Shown here piece after piece: positions 1-16,114 of a stretch of DNA of 64,000 nt (its first letter is position 1; the number at the start of each line of letters is the position of its first letter). Origin of the DNA: Marsupella aquatica (lineage: Eukaryota > Plantae > Marchantiophyta); the NCBI GenBank assembly GCA_973895155.1, contig OZ316891.1:23185799-23249798 (forward strand), given 5' to 3'. Both the position numbers and the translations under genes were made by a program. The notes beneath the pieces were generated by a model. That model worked only from the letters and a program-made list of their open reading frames with translations. It was not told the DNA's origin and ran no database searches.

Positions 1-39
1 GAACGTCAACAAGGTGGGCAAATGCATCTTCTTCAAGGA

Positions 40-200
40 CAGGGTCATCTCCCTCATCTCCCTCATCTCCCTCATCGTCAACATCATCATCCAACTCTCC
101 ATCATCATCCAACTCTCCATCATATGCATCATGGTACTCCTCATCCTCATCGTCCATCTCATCATGGTCAAGGGGCTGACCCTCAGCATCCTCCTCGTCT
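40..200. repeat. CAT/CTC-rich low-complexity repeat
   Basis: Tandem CATCTCCCT and CATCATCCAACTCTC units. Confidence 0.7.
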
Positions 201-422
201 GAGAAATGTAAGGTGGCACGTACGTGAAAGGCACGGGCTGATGTAGTCATCATTGATGGGTGAGGTGTGGGAGTAATATGTACACCATCCTAGAGTTTTC
301 AATATGCAATGACAAATAACAATTAGAGAAAGGGTTTATGTGATAAAGCTTACAGTGAAACATCAATAATGAAAAATGCAAGGGTCACCCCATAATGAAT
401 ATGTCATGTACACATGTAAACA

Positions 423-2242
423 TCAATGCCAATCATAATCTACGAGAATCTCTTCCCCTGCTCTAATGGTGCGGGTAGCATGTGTCAAGATGTAATGCGT
501 GCATGCTACAGGCAAACGAGGGTGACTCTGGTCATGGACTCGGGGGGATCAGTATATGAAGGGTCATACATCACGTGCGACGGTTTGGGTCATTTATGAC
601 CCCCCTAAGTCACTTTCTAGAAAGTTGTACGACACCAATCATGTGATGACACGTATGCATTTTGCAATTAAACAACCCTATATTTCCATAGAAGACTTAA
701 TAAGTCTTCCGCCAAAACCATTTAAATGGCCCTATACTTCGTCGCACATGATATGCCACTTCCATGGAAGTGACCCCCTCGAGGTCATGGAACTCGTGCC
801 ACTCAGCATTTGGCCTAAACCCTGAACGCCGAGAACCAATAGTGCTATTGATGTAACCCGCCAAGTTCCCCGTGCAAGGTGGGTAACCATCAATTGAGCA
901 TACCTAGGGTCCAACTTTAGTGACATGCCATATCGACTAAAGGTTGGGCACTGTCGGGACAAGATGCGCCATCTTGCCGCCGAATACTTGGGCCCATAGA
1001 ATGGAAACAACTGAGGCAAATCATCGGGTGCACAACCGGTAGGGACCACGATATCCACAAGAGCAAATACTCCAAGTCCTACATGAGTCCCCAATGTGGA
1101 GGGGAGGATGACCCATGGGCGGTCCCAAACTATAATAGGCTCCCGAAGCGGGAGGTCCATAGGGAGTCCAAACTGGGCTGGGAAGGAGTCCTTTAAGATG
1201 TCCAAGGCTCTCCCTCGCAACTGTCTCGGTGCCCGGGACACGGATGCATCAAGCAAAGGGCATTGGGGCGGAACAATCCTAGGTGGACGGGACTCAATCG
1301 ATCGGGGTCTAGTGGTCACCACTACTCCCCTCTCAATAGGGTGCATCCTAAACACTCTCCTCCTCCTCCGAAATACACGGTCTATCTCCCTCAATGTGGC
1401 TGGCAAATCGGATGGATGGACGAGTGGTGCGAGTGCACGATATGCAATGTCTCTCAAGCGGTCCACAGGCGAAGATCGCACTACAACAGGAATCTGTTCC
1501 ACATGTTCACCAAAACAAGTTCAGAATATGACAATCAAAAAACAATTCAAGGAAGGAGATGTTATCATAATTGCAATACCCAACAAAATTGTATTACCTC
1601 TCGGGTCGGGGGGGTGTAACGACCATGGATCCCTAAATGGCTAAGGACAGTGGTCCTCTCGTGTAAGACAACACCCTTGCATCGTCTGCAAGGGCAAGGC
1701 ATCTTGCAAATTGGCCCAATCCCCTGAAGAGCAGCCATGGCCTCTCCAAATCCATCAGCATGATGGGGGCTCCGGCCTCTCCTACCGTCGGAACCATGTC
1801 TGCATCGACGACGCCTGGATCGGTGACGCCTAGATCGATCATACATGTCTGGTGAGTAATCTCTCTCCCGGTCCGATAGGTCGTCCCTCCCCCTATGATG
1901 ATGGTCATCTCTGCGTCGGGTGTAAGTACCCCCACCATGGTCCTCATAGGATGAGTCATCCCTCCTCCTCCCTCCCTCGTCATCCCTCCTCCTCTGCCGC
2001 TCATCATTGCTCCTATAGCCCGATGAAGCTGAACTCCCCTTATGCCGATGATGGTGTCTATGTTGGTGAGAACTACCGCCATGCTCATTGTCATCGTCAC
2101 ACGAGTCATCCCTTTGCCTATCCGACTCATCATACGTCCCCCTATGATGATGATGGTATCTGTGCCGATGATGCCTGCCCCCATCATGGTCCAATGCATA
2201 GGTTGCCATGTCCCCTGTGATCAAATTTACAAAGGCCCCCAC
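423..2242 (-). pseudogene. Spliced gene: R/H/D-rich N-terminus, CACTA transposase-associated Zn domain, then SET domain; disrupted by a frameshift (~900) and a MITE (539-783)
   Basis: Exon 1 (2242-1598) ends CPCRRCKGVVLHERTTVLSHLGIHG. A phase-0 GT-AG intron at 1597-1494 joins it to exon 2, which contains PSTLGTHVGLGVFALVDI. After a 1-nt shift and removal of the MITE the frame reads IDGYPPCTGNLAGYINS...PNAEW...ILTHATRTIRAGEEILVDYDWH*, matching SET motifs. Confidence 0.8.
539..783. mobile_element. 245-bp MITE (CTCGGGG family) inserted in the SET domain
   Basis: Termini CTCGGGGGGATC...GTGACCCCCTCGAG; 8-bp TSD GTCATGGA at 531-538 and 784-791; clearly homologous to 50326-50653. Confidence 0.9.
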
Positions 2243-2624
2243 AACATATTAAACCCCAAGCATAAACGTATCCCGCTACGTTAACCAAACTAACGTCCAT
2301 CCACACGACGTTCCCCTAAACTTAACGTCGTTTTTTAGGTTGTGGGGAGGTTGCCGAATTTAGTTTACGTAATAATGTACGACGTACTTAATAAGTTAAC
2401 GTCGTTAGGTATGACGTAATTATATGTAACGTCGCCGCTAAACCCTACACTCCTGGTTAACGTTGTGATTAATGACGTTAAATTAGGGTAACGGCGGGTC
2501 TCCAAGGTTTGTGGGCTACGGCTGTTTTCCTTTAACAAAACATCGGGAAGTGACTTGAATGTGACTCACATTCAACATTCAACACTTCCCCTCTCCCCCT
2601 CTCGACCTCCTATCTTAACAGTGA

Positions 2625-4968
<2,344 letters not shown>

Positions 4969-5584
4969 GGTATACCATGCATGACTATGTGGACGTCCAC
5001 CTGCATTTTGTACATTTTTGGCACAAACTTTTGACGCCACCCATTTATAGTGGCATTCCGGACTTCATATGTCTATTTTATGTGTATTCCGTGTGTATAT
5101 GAACCTAAACCTAAAGCCCACCCAACTAAGGTAGCCTGGAAGGATGTTCCATACAAGATTAATGTTTACCACAAACGGCACTCCATTCACGTCTCTCCAT
5201 TCTTGGTACTATTTTCAAACGTTCTCGTTAACACCATTTTTACCAAGCCTCACACGACTAACTACTCATACGTCTTGGACAGACTCATCATTAACAAAGT
5301 CACAAACTACGTAATCTGAAATTAACATCGTTTTAAACGATGTTATCAGCTGATTTCCCTGTTCAATCTGCGTCCAGAATAATGTCTTTATTTACGATGT
5401 TAATATGTAACGTAGTATGGACTGACGTATGTAACGTAGTTTTGGACGATGTAAACTGTAACCTTTGTTACTTCGTACAAAACGTGCCGTCATTCACGTC
5501 GAGTATGTCGCCTTTCTTTAGCAGCAAGGAGACGTCGGGCTTAACGTCTTCATGTAACACGTAAAAAGTCCTGATAATGTAGTT

Positions 5585-8500
5585 GTGTCAAGTGACAGTG
5601 GAAGCAACAACCCTGATCGCAATCTACCTAGAACATATGAACAGGTTATTGATGACCAAGATAGAGCCATGGATGATTTTATGGTTGATTGGTTTGGTGT
5701 TGATGTCCCTGGTGATGACGCTGAGGTGTCTGCTGATCAAGGAGGTCATGTGCCCCCCAATGATCCATGACCAAGACATACCCCCAAGGGACAGCGCCAA
5801 TGGGAGGAAGCAGAGGAACATGCCCGAACTCCTATCTATGAGGGTGCTCGTTTGAGTCATCTTTCTGCTATCTTGGGGTTGATGAATCTACAGGCCAAAC
5901 ACAAGGCAAGCAATGCCTTGTTATCTGATATGTTTGCACTTTGCCATGACCTTATGTTACCTTCTGGCAATGTGTTGCCAGGAACTTGGAAGGAGGCCAA
6001 GCGTGTTCTCTCATCAATTGGCATGGAATATCATATCATTCATGCATGTGTGAATGATTGCATGTTATTTCATGGGGCCGATGAGAAGAAGACATAGTGT
6101 ACTGAATGTCATGAGCCACGGTATGACCCCAACATGATTACAAAGAAGGTGCCAAGAAAAGCTGTTCGTTGGTTTCCCATCATTCCTCGGTTGTTGCACA
6201 TGTACAGGTGTTCTGATTTGGCAGAGTTGATGGTATGGCATAAGACTCATCGATCAGAGCCTGGTGTTATGCGGTTGCCAATTGACTCTCCTGCAGTCAA
6301 ACATATTGAGGAAACATGGCCAGACTTTGCACATGATCCTCGTCATGTGAGGTTGGGATTGGCATCTGATGGGGTTAGTCCTCATGCCCTTGGAGGCAAG
6401 GGAAGACCTACATCAGTTTGGCCTGTGGTTGTTATGAATTACAACCTTCCACCATGGCTATCCATGAAGAAGGGGTTCCTCTTGCTGTCTTTGATTATTC
6501 CAGGTCCAAAAAAGGTGAAGAACTTTGACACTTATTTGGCACTATTGATTGGAGAACTCCAAAAACTGTGGGGTGGAGTGTGGGCATATGATGGCAGGAA
6601 AAATACATGAGGCATTCCACGTGTATTTAAATTGAGAGGGGTAGTTTGTTGGACAATGCATGACTATCCTGGTAAGATGACTTTTTGACCATATGCCACC
6701 CTTCTTTGATATGCTCTTTAATATACTTGTTTGTCATGTGACAACCCTAACATTTAGTCTGGTTTTATTTTTGGTGTAACCAGGGTTTGGCTTTGTCTCT
6801 GGATTGCAAACTCAGGGGTACAAAGCTTGCTCCACCTGTGGTCCACAATTGCAAGATATGGCAATTTGGTCCCCATGGCTTAGGAAGATTGTTTACATTG
6901 GGCATACAAAGTTTCTTCCGATGGGGCATGAGATGAGGTCTGACCCACTTTTATTTTCCTCCTTTGACATGCCCCTTGGTGATATGCGGGAAATTCCGGA
7001 ACCAACAACTTTTGGGCATTGGAAGTCACTAGCTGATAGGGTGGCAGACCCTGATGATCCCCTCACCTTTGATGGTACTGGGTTGACGAGGTGGAGTATA
7101 CTAGCCAGTTTGCCCTATTGGTCAGAGTTGAAGATCCGCCATCTTTTAGACCCCATGCACATAGAGGGAAATGTGGGGAAGGCGTTGATAGCTCATTTTT
7201 TATGGGGAGAAGGACACTAACTTCAGGGAGGCATGTGAAGAGTTGGAAATGCATCCAGATGTATGGGTACAAGTTGATCCTGCCACAGGTTTGGAACATC
7301 GTCCTTCTACTCCTTGGGTGCTTAGTGTTGGCCAAAGACGTGAATTCCGGAATCGTATAGGGGAGATGCGGTTTCCTACAGGCTATGGTGCCAATTTGAG
7401 GAAAGCTTTTGGGATGGAGGACAATCACAAATGGCCACGGTATCTCAAGACACATGACTATCACCGCTTATTGCAGCATATATTGCCAGTGGCAATTATA
7501 GGGTTGGGGACCAAAGAAGTGCAAGATGCCATTTGGTCATTGGGTCGTTTGTTGAGATGGATATGCTCAAAGGAGATATATGTGGAAGAGATTCCTAGAA
7601 TGGAGGTATTGGCTGCTGAGGTGGTTTGCAAGTTGGAGAAGGCCCTCCCTCCTTCCTTCTTTGATTGTCAGGTTCATTTACTTGTGCATCTTGTGAGGGA
7701 GGTTGCCATTGCTGGTCCAGTTCATTGTCGATGGATGTACTGGCTTGAGCGTTACATGTCAGTCTTGAAGGCTTATGTACGTAATCGTGCACGAGTGGAG
7801 GGAAGCATAGCTACAGGATACTTGGCTGCAGAGAGCATGTTTTATTGTAGTAACATCTTGGCCACCATTGATCGGACTTTACCACGTACTTGGATGGAGG
7901 AGAGGCAAGAGGAGGAGGACCGTTTAACAGGAGCAACAAAAACATGCATGCTTACATCAACAGAGTGGACACAGTTGAATACATTCATGTTGAGTAATAG
8001 CAATGTCATGGATGAATGGAGGGAGTTTTATGACAATGCCAAAAGAATGAGTCAAAGGGCAAGGATTTTTCCTAAGTTGCATGAGTTTATGAAGGAAAAG
8101 TTGGTTGAGTTGGATTGCATTTTGGCACAAGGAGGAGATGTCTCACAGTTTCCTACTATGACAAATGACATTCGGACCATTGTTCATGGCCCTTTGAGAG
8201 TGGTAACATCCAAGACGGCCATGTGGACCCAAGGGAGACACTTCAGGTTTCACTAGTTCCTAACCTTGTTTTCCATATTGATGTACTACTACTTAAGATA
8301 TAGTAATCATTTTACTTAAGATAAGTGTGTTTTTCTCTTTTGGTATGAAAGGTTCCTCATAACATGATTAGTGTTTTTTGTGTAGTAGTAACAATATATG
8401 GGTCTTGTTAATTTCAGGATTTCTTCCCTTGATGAGAAGAGGCTCGTACTTTTGATTGTGGAGTTCAAGGGCAGTTTTGTCAGGACTCCCGGAGTAGCCG

Positions 8501-9576
8501 ACATGATAGGAACATTGTTCGTGATGTTGTGCCACACTATGGGAAGATAGAGGAGATTTTGGTGGTCTCATATGACAACCAATCTAAGTTTGAGGAGTCC
8601 TTGGGCCCCCAGCCTTTGTAAACTAAAGAGGTATACGTGCGTACACCCCCCTCCCTAGTACCCCTTATTATTTTTGGAAGCCTATAAAAAATTTTCTTGT
8701 TATTCTTAAAAACTTAATTTTGGAGAATAAATCTGCCCCTTTGAGATATTATAATTTCACATTTTACACCATTTATGAAAGCCTTGAAAAGTTATAAACT
8801 CATCATGTGCAAACGGTTCTAAAACTGACGGGAGTGTTTTGGAAGGGTTTTGGGTACATACATTTTTGTTTTCGTGACCCTTTAACCCCAAACTTCAACT
8901 TTGGGGCATTTTTGAACCACAGGGCAGGGTAGTCAGGGTTCAAAAGCTCCAAAGTCCTAAACTACTCTGAATCATAGATGTTGCAAGCATAATTATATGT
9001 CATATACACATGTTCCAATAAAGGGTGACCACAAGGACCAATCCTATTGTGACGCGTGTCACATCCATATTACATCACCTCTTGAAGCATATTAACTTGG
9101 GTCACATTTATATAAGCCTATATTAGTTAGAAAGGGTTCTTTGAATAAAAACATCCCTTGATATTTTTAAGTCAATTATAAAAATTAATCTCAAATCAGA
9201 TTTTTTGCACCCTTCATCCGTTCGCACGTCCAGCCCATTATTAATAATGCTGGGGGCCCAGGGTGAGGAGTATGTCTTCAAGTGCAAGTGGTTCAAAGTG
9301 AACCTTGTTGGTAATAATCGCACTGTACTCCAAGATGAGAGTGGGTTTACACGGTTGAGGACAAGTGCCACTAGTTTTCAAGCATCTCATTGGCAAACGT
9401 CAGAGCCATTTACTTTCCCATCTCACTTGGAGCAATGTTTCTACGTTCCATACCCCTTAGACCCAGAGTGGTCACTTGTCATCACATATGTGCCACGGTC
9501 TCATTCCATTGTTTCAGACAAGCCAGACACTATTTTTGTGTCAGATGTAGAGGACATTGAAGGTGACCAAGTGTGA
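5585..9576 (+). pseudogene. CACTA/EnSpm transposase (Transposase_21, DUF4218 and DUF4216-like regions); stops, frameshift and a MITE insertion
   Basis: Motifs IHACVNDCMLF, WFPIIPRL, PRHVRLGLASDG, YNLPPW, WTMHDYPG, LDPMHIEGNV, LKTHDYH, PPSFFDCQVHLLVHL, GPVHCRWMYWLER, VFKCKWF and QCFYVPYP. Confidence 0.93.
8599..9263. mobile_element. 665-bp non-autonomous TIR element inside the CACTA transposase
   Basis: TIRs CCTTGGGCCCCCAGC / GCTGGGGGCCCAGGG; 8-bp TSD TGAGGAGT at 8591-8598 and 9264-9271; the transposase frame resumes as EEYVFKCKWF. Confidence 0.9.
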
Positions 9577-9979
9577 GAGACACTTATGGATATTTAAACC
9601 AAAAATCTATATCATGGATTGTTCATGTTGTTTCTTAATTAATATTTCATACACCATTAGTGTGGTAGGTATTTTCATTTTGGACTCCTACTTTCAAAAG
9701 AGGTCATGCATATAAGTGACATGGGTACTCCCTCCCTTATCCCTCCTCCCTCTTTGAACCCAAACACTCCTTCCTCTTCCAAAAACTCCATAGCTTTTTC
9801 TCCTCCCTCCCTCTTCGCTAAAGTCTCTCCTATTTTTAGTAAACCCTCTTTGGACTCCCTTCTTCCTCCGTCCCTCATCCACCTTCCAACTCCCTTCCTC
9901 CCTCTTTCACCTTTCACCTCCCTCCCTCCTCCTCCCCCATTCAAACTCTAACCTAGATGCACACACAAGTCTAACATAA

Positions 9980-10493
9980 ACGTTTGCGAACTGTTTGCGA
10001 AACTAAACAAATCCCAACCAAATCGCAATTCTGCCATTTAAACCGTTTCTCAATTATTCCATACTATACGCTTCACTATTTTGCGATATCCAGACCATCC
10101 CACCTTTACCATCCATATCGTTTCGCACATTTGCCATACAAACCCATCGCAAATTGTTTGAAGCTAACCTTTTCGCAAACATCCTCCAATACTAATTGTT
10201 TTGCATCATTAATGTTACCGTGGTTTCAGACTTTCGGAGCGGTCATGGAGCCTTCGTAATGTGTTTTGTAATCTCTGTAGTTTCGCAAACTATTGTGATA
10301 CAATAAAGTTCGCAAAATGTTTGCGATGCAAATCACATGGAAGACCAAAGTTGCGATACCACAAGTATCGCAAATTGCGATGCGTATTGAGTCATCAACG
10401 GTTTGAAGCATCTGGAATCGCAAACGTGTGTCCGGACTCAAATGAGCTTCGCAAAAGGGCAAAATATGTTGTAGTGCCTGTTTTCTTCTAGTG
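9980..10493. repeat. CACTA subterminal repeats and two stacked right termini
   Basis: Many TTGCGA/TCGCAA motifs, then ...GTTGTAGTG (ends 10476) and ...TTTTCTTCTAGTG (ends 10493); both are reverse complements of CACTA ends. Confidence 0.7.
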
Positions 10494-11008
10494 CCACATG
10501 ATAGTTTGAATCCACTCCGAATAGAGTTTTGTGAAAAAAATGGAGGCTTTACACCGTGCCAGGAAATAGGAGATTTTTTTACTGATACGAGCAAAAACTT
10601 TCCTCATATCAGGAGAGTTTTCCTGTTATCAGCAATGTTTTTACTCACATCAGGAAAAACATTCAAGGAATTGTCATCCTCCGTACTGTTGTGAGCAACA
10701 CCAATTAAAAAACATTCAAAAAATTCCATGAAAAGTGGAGTGCCAAGTCTCTCGAACCACTTGAAAATGTTCAAAACCAATTAAAAACAAAATGGGGCAC
10801 CTCCCTAACCTCAAAAGGAAGATTTTGAGGAAAATATGTAAATAATACTAGTGCCAGGCGCTATCAATGACTCAACCCTATTTTACGAAACCAAACATTG
10901 TCTAATACATTCATTCTCAATAAGCTTCTGTATATGATAATGCTGTTGGAAAACGACAAAGTACTGACCATTGGAACGTTAACTACATAATAGACACCTC
11001 TTTAAATA

Positions 11009-14000
11009 CTACCCTAAACTTTGTCGTTCCAACAAGAGACGTATTTCTCCAACGGTGAGTATAGGCTGACTCGACAACGTTGATTCTCGAAGGTCCAGTT
11101 TGAAAACATTCTTATAAATCCAATACAGATGTTTGCAAGGCAGGAAGGGTTTGCAGTGGGCATGACGACGATAGAAATCTTTGCAAGAACAGCACGGGAA
11201 GCAGCAAATCTGAACCCAATAGGCAATGATAGAGTGGTGACCAATGTGTGTTTGGATGCAAAATTGTTTGCCCCATCCATTTCCTGTCGCAACATCCCTT
11301 GAACAGATTATTTTCATTTCTTCTTTATCAGCTGCCTCAATCTTCTTATAGTGCGATTTAGTTAGATGCACTCTCTGTAGGCACGTCCTCCCGTTTCGAG
11401 ATAAACAGCGAATTGTCGACTGAAGCAGATTGATCCTTTCCGGGAAAACATTGACATCGATTTGAAGATCTAGTCCACTTGGTGCATTTCTTACACGATC
11501 ACCTTCACCTCCGATCGATATTCCGTTGCCCTTCAGAAACTCTACCTCCGCAGTAGAAAGATTTGTAGTCAATGCAATGGGCAAGTGATCACAAGGTGGT
11601 GGAACATTCACCACACCTTTTCGAGGACGACTTTTGTAAAAAACATTATTCGGACAGAACCAGATCAGTTCTGGATGTGGTTCCCCTCTGAAAATTTGCG
11701 CTGCTCGAACTGCGATACCAACGACTCCGTTTGACGTCCGGTAGCCTACTTTCTTCAATCGATTTCTACATTCGTCACGATCTCCATGTCCGCCAAGGGA
11801 TCCATTGCAGACTGGGCCAGCACCATGCTTCGAAGTTCTCCTAATATGCCATGCTCCAGAAGGAACATTGGACTCCAACACGGATGGGGTTACTTCTTCA
11901 ATAACATGGACTGGGGTCGTGACTGGAGTTGCAGATGACCTCGTCTCCATCGGAGGAGGAGGTGTCCGCTCTTCAAGACTAGCTGAGGCATCGCTCTCTG
12001 AACTATTGACGACTACACTCTCTTGGGGACCTGGTTCAGAAGGAATCGCAGAGAATTCCGTTCTATTGAGATTTCTTCTCTTCAAACCTCGGGTGTTTGG
12101 GGTCGTAATGAGGATAGTGTCATGCCTGTGGGAGTCTTGCGCAGAGACATTTCCAGTAGCATGTCCCTTCCTCTTTATTGACCGGGTCTGTACATCCCCG
12201 CTCAGGGGTCTCACTATATGGGGACCTCCCCATCACCTGCGACGTTTTTAGGCCTCGGACCCCATAAAATGCAAGAAAAAATTATTATTTTTTAACCCCT
12301 ATAAAGTTGGAATATTCTTGGAATATTCCAAAAATTGGATTAAAACGGCCCTAATGTTCTTATAAGTCTCAAAATTGAATTTAAAGACCCTATTGTTCTT
12401 CTACAAAAATTCTTAAGTCTTCCCTTACAACCAATAAAATGACCCTATCCTTCGTCGCACGTGATATGCCATTTTTGTGGAAGTGAAACCCCCGAGCATC
12501 CCCGTTCAAAGGGGAATTCCTTTCCAAATCGAATTCAGCCGCATTGGAAAGGAAAAGGTTTGAAGCTTCTTCAAACAACCTTGGGGAACCCGCTAGATCT
12601 GCAGAGCGAAAAGCCAGCTCAAACACAGTTGGGCCATTCCCTCTGTTCAATCCTCTCTTGTAAGCCGTATAGGCTGCAATTTGAGAGATCGCTCTATTCT
12701 GGTCGGTTTCACACCCTTCAAAGACTCCAACCTTCTTCTTCAATTGCCAGGCAATCATTGACGCGTGAGACGACTCAGATCCACCACAATTTGGAATCAT
12801 TGCCGCTTCCTCTGCACTCTTGCTCTGCAGAATTCACCGACAAGGTTAGATTTAGGACTTGAATAGCGCCAGGCGCTAGCCAATGAACATATAGAAATAA
12901 TAGCAGATATGATCAATTTGAACCTGTATGAGTAGCGCCAGGCGCTAGCCAATGAACACATAGAAACAATAGCATATGTAATCACTTTGAACATGTATGA
13001 GTAGCGCCAGGCTCTGACCAACGATTGTTTTGAATACTTACCAATCAAATAAAGTTTCCCCATTGGCGCCATCGGACAACCCACCATGAAATCCAACCTT
13101 GCAACATTCGTAATTTACCAGGATAACAATTCCCTGCCCTCCACCATGAATCATTTCTCTAGAAATACGATATGCCTTGATAAATGACTTTGCATTCCGC
13201 AACCTATCCCATAGGGCACGATGTTCACTCTGCTTTCCCTCAGGAATGCCTTCAATTGAGTGTCTCCGAAATGACTGAAAGAAGTGAAATGCATCTGATC
13301 GCTCACGTTCGGGATGAGGAAGTCCCCCAAAGAACACATTCCTCACAGCATTCCAACCAGCTTGAGCATTGTCCGCCATAAAACCATGAATGTGGACATC
13401 GTGAAGACCGTTCTCATCAGCCACCTCCAACATTAAACGCCAAGACCTCTCAAGGGATTTTGTATCTTCTGCTTGCAACTCGCAAGTGAATATCGTGCAA
13501 AGTGCACGATAGTTATGGTCATAAACATGTACACTAAATGTAAGCCAATCCTTTGTCATTTGGTGCATCACATCAAAACTTACCCACGAACCCTCAAGAG
13601 GCCCTCCGGGACTCATCTTTCAAAGAAGGTCCAGACCATAGCCTTCACCCTTAGTGGACATCTTGAAAATATGTGCACTCTCATCTCTAGACCCTTGTCC
13701 CGGCAACAAGAACCTTTGCAGAAATGGGAATGAAATGTTCTTCTGCATGCTTACCAGAAATTCCAATTCACCTCTGCCTTTCTGGTCTTGACGGATACTC
13801 CTCAGAAGGTTCACAAATTTCTGAGGCGTTGAGATGACTTGAAGAGATTCAAAAATCTTGGTCTCTTCTATTGGGATCATGTCTTGAACTGACGACTCAC
13901 ACATTGCCTTAAAAAGAGACGAGGTGACGGTGTTCTTCATACCCACCGCAGTTGCACGCGGATTCAAAGTCAAACCTTGTTCCATGTGCATCTTTGCAAC

Positions 14001-15035
14001 TTTTTCTGCCTCTCTTGAAAAAACTTGCTTGCTCGGATGGTTATGATGTCCGATGTGAATGGCAAGCCGCGACATATGCTTAGCAGACTCGGCATCAACT
14101 TTGGAAGATGCGTACATGTAGAACATCATCGCTGGACAGAGCTCAACACAAAATGGGCGCTCCCAACAATAATGACAGACAATCCCACCCTCAGGAATGA
14201 GTTGCCCGACTACGTGTGGTCCAGAAATCTTAGGAACTCTTTCCCAGAACTTTGCATTCCTCCTTTTATGTTCTGCACAGAACTGACATGAATTGTTACG
14301 ACATTCCAGAGAACCCGTGCAAAAGACTTTTCCAAAATCCCACACCTTTTTTGGGAGAACATTTGCGGAAGTCGTAACAATCCGAGTCCAATAGTAGCAG
14401 TCCTTGCCGCGATCCATGTCCCGGAGGCGTTCACCTTTTGAGCAAACTCCAACAACTGGAGGCAGTTTGAAAACAATATTCCCATTGTACGTGCCAGGCA
14501 AGCTTGATACTTGCTCAAATCGGTAATCATTCCTTTGCATGAATCTTGAGATCTCACTCTGGGCTTTTGATTGAAGAATCGTATCAAGAGCACTCCTTCG
14601 GTACACAACTGAATTGGTCGTCCGCCCATGGACCGTCTCCACTTTGACGTTGTTTTGAGGAAGATGAAACTTTGCCAAATCTTCATCATCGCTACTATCT
14701 GAAAGGTCAATCAAATTGACTTTCAGCTTCCCCTTTGAGGAGGATGGCACCTCAAATTTTCCCAAACTAACAATGTCATACTTCACCCCACCGCACAACC
14801 TCCAATACCAAACTCCTCCAATGAAATAAACATCAACCACCACTTCCTCTCTCGAGATAACTATTCGTTGTATGCTTTCCCTGGGAATTCCAAACCTGGT
14901 GGCAAGATATTCCTCAGAAACTTCATCATTTTTCTTAGGAGCGGCGAGCAGGATTGCCACGAGGTCACCAGGCGGACAGCGAGAAATTACAATTCGCGAG
15001 TCCATTGGAAATGGCGTACAGAAATGTAAGGCCAC
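11009..15035 (-). pseudogene. MULE-like DDE transposase with N-terminal GCM/WRKY-like Zn region and C-terminal SWIM finger
   Basis: Motifs C..C...CHYC...HIGHHNHP, SFDVMH, FMADNAQAGWNAVRNVF, DAFHFFQS, GSESSHAS, and SWIM CSCKDF...PCKHLYWI. One stop (~13617), a frameshift, an intron at ~12830-13040 and a MITE insertion. Confidence 0.85.
12201..12496. mobile_element. 296-bp MITE (CTCGGGG family) in the MULE transposase
   Basis: Termini CTCAGGGGTCTCAC...GTGAAACCCCCGAG; TSD CATCCCCG at 12193-12200 and 12497-12504; near-identical reverse complement of 51710-52004. Confidence 0.92.
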
Positions 15036-16114
15036 CTAAATTCATTTGTGCTGAATAAAACCGTTACGAATATGACAAAGTGACCTATTAGCAATGAATG
15101 CTTGTCGTATTCTAACGGAATTACACATGTCAGCACCTACCAAGAAAATCTTATTGATCAAAATTTGAACATAAATTTCAAGGCACACAAATAATAGCGC
15201 CTGGCGCTAAGTAAGGGAGATGAAAACTTGAGGCTCCATATGCACATATTGATGGATGGTTTGCCAAGAATCATCTCAGATGACAAGATTGTATCGAGTA
15301 CACCTTTGATAGCGCCAGGCGCTAGCAAATATGTATCATGCATATCTGGTCCGTAACGATAACTCCCAAAGCTAGATTACGTGCGCTATCAAAGTTGTAC
15401 TCTATAATCAAACGGTAACTTTAAAGGGTAATCAGGTTAATGTTTATTAGCGCCCGACGCTAGTAAAGTATTCGAAAAGAAATGTTATGTTCTTGAAGGA
15501 ATATTATCTTCCGTGTTATATATGAGAGGATAAAGAGACAAGAACGACATCTCCCTATGATAGCGCCAGGCGCTAACAAAACTTAGAGTGAAGTTTTGAA
15601 GGGTCTAGACTGCCAATTTTTACTAGCGCCTGGCGCTAGTAAAAACTTATATGCTAAATATGATGTTCATGTTAGATTCAAGGAACCTTCACAACGGACA
15701 ACAATGATAGCGTCGGGCGCTATCTAATAACGACTCGCTATTCAATGGTAACTTCAACGGACATTTTAGTCGATTCGAGTATAATATTTATGGAAGTAGC
15801 AGGTCCACGATAACTTAAACGGATACCTCTTTACGAACTATGAGGTCTACTGGTCAGTCCCAGATTTAATCAACGGTGCATTTCGCTCCAGGTGTCCAAC
15901 GTCCCCCGACTCACATGCCGCCAGAAGTCCAGTCATCGTACATTTAGGGTACTTTGCTTCCTTTGGAATTGTTCCTGCTGAGGCAGATTCTTCTCATTTG
16001 CGTTGGTGTCATTGAGGGATGCGTGTAAGGAGAATCCGCACGATTAAGCGTACGAACTCCCAAACAAAATCCCGTATGAAACAAAATTGAACGGCAAAAA
16101 TCTCCGCATCGCAG

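Noticed and set aside
539-783. MITEs acting as self-splicing introners
   Set aside because: The ends finish in AG but there is no GT donor at the boundary that would restore the frame, and most host ORFs carry other lesions.
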